NCBI GenBank assembly: GCA_051362555.1
Contig: CM120640.1
Span: 52,864,788-52,928,787, forward strand
DNA length: 64,000 nt
Source of the DNA: Lingula anatina
Taxonomy: Eukaryota > Animalia > Brachiopoda
Direction: 5' to 3'
The notes under the pieces are model-generated. The model worked only from the letters and a program-made list of their open reading frames with translations. It made no database searches and was not told the origin of the DNA. Of the stretch, positions 53,893 to 64,000 are shown one piece after another; positions within the stretch are counted from its first letter, which is position 1, and the number at the start of each line of letters is the position of its first letter. The translations under genes were made by a program, and so were the position numbers.

Positions 53893-56800
53893 ATGGCTCG
53901 ATCGATAACACCCAGCCAGCAAAAGCTGGCGGAAAAGCTAACGATCCTTAATGACAGGGGGATCGGGATGCTTACCCGGATTTACAACATAAAAAAGGTA
54001 AGTATGTGTGCTCTCTGACTCACTTTTCAGGTGCCAATGCAATGATGGGAATGCCAAGTTCTGCCAACTTTGCTGAAGTTGACATGTTATTGTTACTTTA
54101 TACTACTATTCGTTATCACATTTGCCAAGAACATAGATATCACTTTATAATCGCAAAGTGTGCCAAAGATTTCATGGAAAATCTGAAATTTAATTGCTTT
54201 CCGCCTTCAGTTTGTGCACTTCGTTTGAGCATAAATCATTATTATTTTTTCCCCATTTGGTCATTGATCTTTTTAAAGTTATATTATAACAGGGGGATTT
54301 GAAACTCATAATTTTTAGTCCAGATGATGGCCATTTTCACTTCCACTGCAATTCCTTTCAGTTTTACCTTACCTCCCCCTCCAATGCTCCAATGAACGTT
54401 ACTGAAAAGTTTCTTTTCTTTTGATGTTAACTGAGATTAGTTTTGAGAAAATGGTGTTAACCTATTTTTCAATTGGCCTTCTAATACAGCTTTACAAAAC
54501 CCTTGTTTTTAATGATTTTACTGATTGTATATAAATCACAAATTTGAGCATGTGTACTGTGGTAGTTTTTATATTATAGACCCTAGCACACTCAGTAAGT
54601 TTTTAAGTACAAAAATAAATGTTATAAAGATGGGGAACTTTGGACTATATTTTATGAATAAGTTGTCAGATCAACCCTAGATATTTTCTGTTAAGCCTAG
54701 GTTAATGAAATAGATGGTCTTGTAGCATGGATCGTTAAATATGGTGCTGTATGCCAAATCTTAATGCCTTAAATTCAATTTTGGTTTGAAATCTCCAGTG
54801 AATGCTCCTATTTAATGAATGTGTTTTGTTATTTTGGCCTATCATTTATTATATAACACATTATTATATCCCAAGACCAGCATGGTGAGTTTAATTTTGA
54901 TGTAAAGCTGTGTGTGCTTAAAATAGTATTGATTTACTTTTGGTTATGCCCTGTTATTTATTTATTTATTTATTTATTTTTTAATATAAATGTTGATTTT
55001 ATTTGCAGACATTTGTCAATAATTCTTGAACTCAGTGAAAATGTAATTTTGCCTCATTGCTTTTTTCCTATAATCTAATTTCTTTCAAAATGTTTAAGAT
55101 TTAAAGAAGGGTTGACATAGAGGAATTGCAATGTTATGTTTGTGCCAGAATGAAATAAAAAAACAGACATAAGCACTAAACAAGCAATTTTCTTCTTTTC
55201 CAAATGTAATGTATCAGATTTCAGTAAGTTAAAGTTGCTGGCAAAACTGTATAATGTTGTTTAGTTAATGTTTCCTATCATTCCTCTCATTTTTTCTTTA
55301 TACCTTTGCATATACTTAGATGTGATTGTTTGAAAAGGCAATCTCCACATGTTTATTTTCTGATAGAAATCCTATTAGACCTTAAAGAATATACTTGTAG
55401 TTGTCATTGTCCATAGATGTGCTTAATTAGAATGTGCTTATTTAGTTGAAATATATAGTTACCCATTAGCAATGATTTATGTGGATTTCATAATAAAGAC
55501 GTTGATAGCCTGCTTTATAATGTCTCCCCTAAGGTGTAGTCTTCAACAGTCCATCTTTAAAATTGGTACTAGTATGGGTGTCAAGGGAAATGTTTCATAT
55601 TCTGCTCTTATCTGGGAAAAGTCTTCCTTGCGGCAATTTCTTTATGTCATCTATGTATTGTCACTCCTTGTAAAGTTAAACTAATACATGTAGTATTGTG
55701 TTGTTCTGTAATAGTCTGACAAACTTATTAGAATGAGGATGGGTAAAACAGATGTGTTGAGTTTGCTGAATATAATAAAATGGTAAAAACTTTTTTGATT
55801 TGCTAGATGCAATACATATAAGAAAATTGACTTGTAATTTATCTGCCTGTTTATATTTAACAGTTAGTGCAAATCTTGATATTGTCACATGTCAGTTTTC
55901 TTTATAGTTTGAAAAACATTAAAAGTCAATAAAAGTATTAAAGCAGGTATTTTAGAAATCTTGCTAGGCTGATGAAATCAAAGTCTGTTCCTTTAATTTT
56001 ACAGATGTTGAGTAATCCAGAGTCCAAGCCATCATTTCTCACAGACAAAGCATTGGAGGCTGCCATCAAAACAGTCTCTAGGAAGTTCCCATTGCTAGAT
56101 ACAAAAAGCTTTGGTGTAAGTTGGATTCTGTGCAACTTTGAACTTTTAAATACTAAGAGCTTTTTAGAAATATTAACTTAAGTTGCAAAGTTCTCAGAGA
56201 TTAAGAAATTGAACAGGTGGCTGAAATACCTCTTTTTTATGGAGTGTAAATATTGAAAAGCTAAGTATGATTTTTGTCACCAATTTCTGAGAGGGGCTGT
56301 TCCTTCATTATAGAACCTGAACTCACATAGTTTGCCAAATGCTTACCAAATGATAACATTTTAACCTTCATAACAAAACAAAATAATGCCATTAATCCTC
56401 ATCAAGGGAGCTACTTCCATAATTATTTATACAGCTATAATATACACAGTGACTATTTTAAACACAATTTTTATTGAGGAGAAACAGTTTTTCTTTCCAC
56501 ACTTTAAATGGTTACCATTCCATTTTTTCAGAACCAAGTGGCTCCAGTGAGTCATTTTAAGACAGAGATCATCAGGTCACTGTCCTTGTACTATTACACA
56601 TTTGTGGACATACTGGACTTCAGGGTGAGTTATAATGTTAGATAAAGGTTTATTACCTAATTTACCTTTATGCCTGTGAGTGTGAAAATGAATATAATCA
56701 ATATTTAAAAATTTTTACCTTTTCTCTTGTAACAATTGAAGCATTTTATAGTCCTGTGGAATTTGTTTTATTTGTTTATAAGATGGATGACCTATATGTT

Positions 56801-59800
56801 TTAGTAATGCTGAAAAAATTCAATCTGGCATTTACTGTAATTTTTAGGATCATGTGTCTGAAGTTCTTACTACGATGGATGCACACCAAGTGCGCTTGGA
56901 TATTGTAAGTATCTTATCATTTAGAAATATTTGGAATGTGTACTTGTTAGAAAAGAGAACAAACTATAAGATGCCACTTCCTGGTTAGTGTGATCTGCCC
57001 TGAATTTTCATTATATATTCCTATCAAACATAGATAAGATAACATTTCCAATGAGAGCTAAGTGGGGCAGCTTGTGTAAACCTTGATAAAGAAATGAACT
57101 CCAAGTAGAAAAACTATTTGACATCTAAATATTGTATTGCTTTGAGAAAAATAACATTACGATTTATGTGCATAAAATGTAAATGTCTGTGAGACATAAC
57201 AACTTGCAATTAAACAATTGCAATTAGGCATATTTACAAGAAGCTTAAATTTTGTTTTCTAATAAAATTGCCATTTTTAACATTTTTGCTGATATATGAA
57301 AGAAGATTAGAGTCAATTTGTTAGCGTGGAATTTTACTATATATCCCCTCTTCTATTTCATCTTGATTGCTATTTTCTAGGGAGCAAACTTTGACCTGAC
57401 CAAGAACTATCTGGATCTGATTGTAACATTTGTAGCTATCATGATATTGGTGTCCAGAGTGGAAGACAGAAAGGCAATATTGGGTCTCTTTTATGTTGCT
57501 CATGAAATGCATCAGAATGGACAAGGGTAAGTCATAGACATCAGAGACAAGGATACAATTAGTTGATAACTAAGTATCACTTTCAAACCTAATCTTTCAT
57601 CATTTGGTTGAAATAAATACAATAAACACTTGATTTGTTGTGGATTGTAAACCTAATTGAATAAATTCTAAATATTATTTTTCAGGGACCCTTCTTTTCC
57701 CAGACTTGGTCAGATGATTCTGGACTATGACCCACCATTGAAAAAGCTCAGTGAAGAGTTTGTACCACATGCAAAAGTTAGTGCTGTTACAATATTATTA
57801 ATGTATTATTAACATTTGGGTATATTTAGATATTGATATGTAAATTATATAAATATACATGTTTTTGTAGTATTTTGTAAAATGTTATTGGTGTAAAGTG
57901 TAATAATTATTTTTTAATTAACCTTGTAACTTTTCTAAAAACTTTTAAATGAATTATCAGGAAGTGGTGAAATCATTCACATGCATTATAAAGTGCTGAT
58001 TTTATTTCCTCACACTAGATGGTGACACTTGCCCTACTGTCATTAAACGACATATACCACAGGAGGAGCATGCAGGCTCACCAGTGGAGATCTGCTCAAA
58101 TGCTCAGCCTCATCGCGGAACCTGCTAAGATCATGAACACAGCACAGGAAGATATGGTGAGGAAAGATGATGACATGAAACAGATTAGTGTGATGCATTG
58201 ATATTATTAGTTATACATTTCTTTATACAAATGGGTTTTATAACTTTGCGTAAATTATGAATTAATAAAATTAGGTTTTTGTAAATTATGTATAATAGTA
58301 ATAATAATAATTAGGACAAATTGTATATGAAATTTAAAATAAGTTTTGAACTGCATGTTCTCACCTTTCACAACCTTTGTTTGTATTGACTTATTGCAAG
58401 TTATTTTGGATTCTTAAGTGGTACTTTGCAAGTGTTTTAAAATCTGACCGAAAAAATTTTATCTGAAAAACCATTGTTCATATTTTAGATGCCTTGCGAA
58501 TATGTATCATTAGATGTGATGGAGAGATGGATTCAGCGTAAGTATTTCAATGAAAGATCAAATCATTTTGTAATATGTAGAAAGTTCTGTGCAGGTAGTG
58601 AAATATTATGTCAGTAGAGTACATTTAAAAGAAATTAGTCCATGCCATGTCTGATTCACCATCAGACTGAGTGTCTTCTGTGAGATTGAGTCAAGTACAT
58701 TATCATTTTAACATCAGAAGATGACAAAACTGTATTTGTGCATTTTTCCAGTTGGTTTCCTACTGTGTCACCAGCAGTTAGCTCACCAGGATGCGCTGGA
58801 GTTGTGGAAACAGTCTCTGCATGGTGGTTATGTTGTCACACTGTTCAGGGACGAGGTACTACATATCCACAGTTATGCACAGAATTACTTTGAAAACATA
58901 AAAGGGTGAGTTTTGTCTTTTAACTGTCATTTGGATTTTTTATCAATGATGACTAACCATTAAGTAGATATTATATAAACTCTCTGTACAAGCTAAAAGA
59001 ATTGATTAGCTAGGGCCTGAAAAGAGATAAGAAATTAGACACTACAGTGGACATCATTGTTAAGCAGGAAACTGTAAAATGTCAAAATGTATTGTCACTT
59101 TATTATAAGCAAATCAAAGTGTGTAATCCTTTGAAATATTTTCTGGCAGTAACCTGAATATTTAGATTTCTTTACATGTTATTTACAATATGTGTTAATT
59201 ATCTTAACATTTTCACAGGTAGATCTTGATGTTATTTGATGCAAAAGTTATCTTTCCCTTTTAGATATGGTAAAAGAGTAACTGAAGTCAAGGATTGGTA
59301 CAACCAGTGTTTACACCAGGCGTGAGTATCAGAAGTTTAGAGATTCTTAATAAGATTATTATTTTATTTTGTTAGATTTTAGTACCATGCATTTTGAAAC
59401 ATGTCAATTTGATACACTTTACTGTGTAAGATGTTGACTTTAATTTAACTGAATTTAATCCATATTTGTTAAACTTTTGTTATGTTTATATACAGATCTG
59501 TCTTTCACAATTTTTAGATTAATTTTAGAAGTTTAATTTAGTTGAATGTGTCCCATGTTTACTGTCAAATGCATGTCACAATTTGCTTAAGTTTGGATAG
59601 ATTATGGTTGTATCATTTTAAAAATTAATTTTTCTATTTAAAGATTTTGTAAAGCATTATACTTTCACATTTACTTCACAGTCCAGCAATTCACAAAGAC
59701 AAGAGGAAATTCCTGAGGTCTGCTCTGAAAGAACTGGCCCTTGTCTTCACAGACCAGCCTGGACTGCTAGGACCAAAGGTAAGACAGAGACATGAATAAT

Positions 59801-62800
59801 GCACTGATAATGTCCAGGCACTCAACTGATATTAATCTTTGGTATGGTTGTAAATTTTGCCAAAGGTATATTTTATTAAGTTGAAAGAAGAGCTTGTAAA
59901 AAGATGTCATTATTTGTCATTAAAAACTTTGTCATTTACATTTAAGTATTTAGCAATACAGTATTCAACAGAATAGAGATGTGCATTTTTTTCATCCTCT
60001 GTGATATTTATTAATTACTACCACCAGTGTCTACGCTGGCGGTACTCATGGTTTTAGTCCCGACCCGTCTCGTACAGCTCCGCCGGCTCCTGCAGCTCCG
60101 CTGGCTCTGCAGGATGGCATGGGATACAAGTCACCGCTTCTCCTCCTAGACCGCAAGGACTTGTGACCCCATCTCTTGGATTTAGGTCACATATAATCTC
60201 AACTTGAACCCCCTGAAAATTCAATGCTAAATATCTCCCAAACTGAAGGAATTATGGGAAAAATTTCTACAGAAGCTTGACCGAAAGTCATATGTGGAGA
60301 TTCCAAATATGCCCTTGGATTTGACTTTTGACCTTTATTTCAAGGTCAAACAGGCCAAAATTTTCTAAAAATGGGAATTTTCTGCAAAAAAAAATATTTG
60401 TTTGTGCCAATTTTCAGAAACTACACAGACCTAAGTTCTCGTATCATAATGAGAACCTTGAAATTGACCTTTGACCTACTTTTCACCACGAACTGAACTT
60501 TGCAAATCTAGCCCTTATATCTCGTTTATTTTGATACCATTTAAATGTCTTTGCTATATATTTCTATGCCTATGCAATTTCAGGCCCTGTATGTATTTCA
60601 AGCACTTTCCTTTGCACGTGATGAGATCCTTTGGCTCCTGCGCCATGTGGACAATCCACCCCCCAAGAAGGGTGGGGTCAAGGTGGCATTGGAGGACTTT
60701 GTAGACAGGTGCAGAAATTTTATATTCTTCCTTGAAATTTATTTACATGCTTGCTTATGGAATGACAAATAATTTTTACTTTTCCAATGAAATGGATATT
60801 GATAAATTAAATTAAAAAAATTGCTTTTAGAATAACCACATTTAAGTCATCAGTATATGTGTAATCTGGCTGCAAATTTATGTTGATGATAAAATTATCA
60901 AAATAATTTTCAGACAAATACCAGAATTATTATTCCACATGGAAGAGTTGAGAGGTGGGTATATTTCAACCCTAGAAATGATCATCTTATAATTTATTAC
61001 AAATGGCACACATTTGTCCTCCCAGTTATACTGTAAACAAGTTTGTCTTGGTTCTCATTCAATTTGGTCAGGTAGTCCATGTCATCTTTATATATGATTT
61101 ATACGTACCTATAGTTTTATTGTCTTACTCTGTTACCCCAGCTTTGGTGAAGAAGTACAGTCAGGTGATGCAGAGGTACTATGTGCAGTTCCTGTCGGGA
61201 TATGATGCTGTTGTCCTTAATGGCCTCATACAGGTATGTCTTCCTTTCTCAACCCACAAAAATGAGTGTGTTAATACAGAATGTTAATTTTTGACAATAA
61301 CTTTCATGATAACAAGATCTATAAAGAATGGTAGAAATTCTTTTAGCTGGAATGTAAATTGATAGTTTGCCAGCCAATATTACGTCTGATAACAATTGGA
61401 CTTCATCAGGGGGTAATGTACGTTCATAAATACTGTAGATAGGTATGAATATTAGATTATGATATTTGTATTTAAATTGCAGACCTTGTCAGTTTGTCCA
61501 GAAGATGAGTCCATGATTTTGTCTTCATTTTACAATACTATGACCAGCATATCTGTAAAACAAGGTGAGTTGGAAGTTTGAAATATTCTTTATTCCAACA
61601 TTCATAGCTTGATGTAGAGGTTACTCCATAAAAAATTCTCTTAGGCTTTTGTTAAACTTTGAGCCATATTGATTGCAAGACTTCAGCACAGGGTCATCTG
61701 TTTTATTCGATTTTAGTGGAAGAAAATGAACTGTTTGACTTCAGGGGACTGAGACTTGACTGGTTTAGATTACAGGTACGTTTTCTTATATAACAGTTGA
61801 TACATTGGGAAAATAATATCAGAAATACTTCTAAATAAAAAGTTTTCATAATCATTTTTGTGCACAATTCTCATTTCACTCTAAAATATTTCCACAATAG
61901 AGGCCATTCATTATAGTATTGGCATTTCTGTTAGCTGTTTTATGTCAGTTTGTTTTAAGTAACAGCAGGTAAATATGTTTTATTAATTTTCTCCTGTAGG
62001 CCTACACTAGTATTGGGAAGGCAGGCTTCAACCTTTTAGAACACAGGAATCTGGCCAGACATATGAATACTGTCATCTTCCATTCCAAGATGGTAGACTA
62101 CTTAGATGAGATGCTGATAGAAACATCTGATCTATCCACTTATTGGTGAGTGTGATCTCACTGGTGCCACTTTTAAGTTTTGTGGGTTTACATGTGAAAA
62201 TTATTGATGTAGTCAAATCACTTAATTGGTTTTTCTGTCAATTGAAGCATATTGTAGGGATTTTACACGCTAGTCTAAGCCTAGAATTGTGTAAAATAGT
62301 CTCTTTAAAGCTGTAAATTCATTTTAAATTATGAATACATGCCAATAAGATTAAACTGCTTTCTAACCGTTAATAAAACATACCTGTCATATTTTCCATG
62401 GTCAGTTTTCATACCACCATATTTGAGCTCCAGTTCAAGCAATGTATGGAGCTGCCAGCCCAGCACAGGTTCAGCATTGCCTTCCCCCTGGTCTGTGCTC
62501 ACTTCATGAATGCTACACACGAACTTTGTCCAGAAGAGGTGAGTAAAATCAGATTTAGTGAGTCACTGGGTTTTGTATGTTTAATATATATATATATATT
62601 TGAAAAATGTTAATGTTAGCTACACTGCATTTGTCTTTTATGAGGAAGTAAAGATATTGAAATTTTTATTTCATAAGCTCAATATTAGTATGATGTTTAA
62701 TTGGATCATCCAATACATAAAGAGAAATTATGCTCTTTTAGCACTATACTGAATACTGAATACCAGAGACTTTTGTAGAAAATAATTTAAAACATCTTGC

Positions 62801-63031
62801 CTTTAAAAAGAAAATATAAATAGCAAAATGATCATATATCCTTTTAAAAAATTCAAAAATTTAACATTTAAAATATAATTTGAAATAAGCGCCACTCCAT
62901 TGGCACAACCAGCATCCAGTACGCCAACTGGTTCCTGAAGGAAATGTCTGAGGAGGTGAACCAGATCATCACCTTTATATGTGAGGAACAGTGCATGCTA
63001 GCTGACAAGGTAAGCAGTGATATTTTTATTG

Positions 63032-63062
<31 letters not shown>

Positions 63063-63882
63063 GGGGGGGGTGCATATCTTCTTTCTAAGTGCAAGCAGTA
63101 TTGGTAGCACGGACACTGAAGTTTATCTGTCTTGCTTAAATTGTCTCTCAAATTTAATGGCTCCATATGTTGCATTAGCCAGTTGAAGCTCTAAATGCTC
63201 AAAAGATGTAAAGATGTTTGGATACAGACCATTAGTTGTGCTGGAGTTTTTACAAGATACCAGAATAATATATAGTGAAATTATTTGTGTTTCAGCTTCT
63301 TCCCAAGAATTGTGCTGCCCAGCTGGCCCAGGTTTACCAGAACAAGAAGAGGAGAGACAAGAAGAAGCAGGCAGGACAGGAGATGGTCAAACCAGGAACT
63401 GAAAGCTACAGAAGGAATAGGGAAGATTTTACAAGGTCTGTTTTATCAAGTCTGGTGCTTAAACCCCAGTCATACATACATCAGTTGAACTTACCTTCAG
63501 TATGTACAGCTGATCTCCCCTGAAAAAAACTAGAATTGTAAGGTGTGTATAGAAGTGTGTGAATCTGTTGAATGGAATTCCCCTTTTATTGTTGAAATTT
63601 CTGAATCATTTTAGAAGAGTTGAATTCATTAATGAAAATGTCAATTGTTGAAAAGTATTTTACTTTTCAAAGTTAAACCAGAATTTATTATTTTGCCACA
63701 ATGAATTTTGATGTTTTCATGTATGACTAAATTACCGATTTGTTTTTTAGAATGGACAAGCTCCACATGGCCCTGACAGAGTTGTGCTATGCTCTTAACT
63801 ACTGCAGTATTATACAAGTATGGGAACATGGCTTTGTACCCAGAGAGTTCTTTATCCAACATCTAGAGACCAGATTTAATAA
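53893..63882 (+). CDS. NCKAP1: Nck-associated protein 1 (Nap1/Hem/Kette, WAVE complex subunit), 5' part; 21 coding exons; continues beyond the window
   Basis: It starts [35 protein letters not shown], with later motifs [67 protein letters not shown] and [12 protein letters not shown]. Exons: 53893-53997, 56005-56115, 56532-56624, 56848-56904, 57381-57526, 57686-57776, 58019-58156, 58489-58537, 58752-58905, 59265-59321, 59682-59778, 60584-60708, 60914-60954, 61142-61233, 61483-61564, 61717-61775, 62000-62145, 62406-62538, 62890-63009, 63296-63435, 63751-63882. Confidence 0.96.
60010..60560. repeat. Probable interspersed repeat inserted in an NCKAP1 intron
   Basis: A GC-richer head (cagctccgc..ggctc twice) and recurrent tgacct(t)/aggtca motifs differ from the neighbouring AT-rich introns. 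The boundaries are uncertain. Confidence 0.4.
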
Positions 63883-63954
63883 GTAAGATCAACAACAAAC
63901 TGTGTTTCTGTTTAGATATAGGATTTAGTATTTGATTGTAAGAAGTGAGAGAAA

Positions 63955-63957
<3 letters not shown>

Positions 63958-64000
<43 letters not shown>
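63958..64000. repeat. (TA)n microsatellite running off the window
   Basis: Seen directly. Confidence 0.9.

Overview
This is AT-rich, intron-containing animal DNA, most likely lophotrochozoan (mollusc/annelid-like, inferred from the peptide motifs). The right end holds two housekeeping genes arranged head-to-head: a BTB-BACK-PHR gene on the - strand, and the first 21 coding exons of NCKAP1/Nap1/Hem on the + strand, which runs off the window. The main finding is mostly invisible in the ORF track because the genes are split into short exons. Three co-oriented neuropeptide-precursor genes lie within about 33 kb (14.6-47.2 kb), and all three look like ligands of secretin-type (class B1) GPCRs. (1) A CRH/DH44-like precursor encodes a predicted 45-aa amidated peptide and has a duplicated in-frame splice donor. 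(2) A Cys-free DH31-type precursor encodes QIDAGFGSR...NSP-amide. (3) A calcitonin-type polyprotein of about 446 aa is built entirely from phase-2 exons. It carries three Cys-ring/Pro-amide peptides, one highly divergent Cys-ring peptide and several acidic FY-rich peptides. The intergenic DNA holds several MITEs (hAT-, Harbinger- and Tc1/mariner-like ends), short tandem duplications and microsatellites. All gene models were spliced by hand from GT-AG sites and reading frame, with no RNA evidence or database search.
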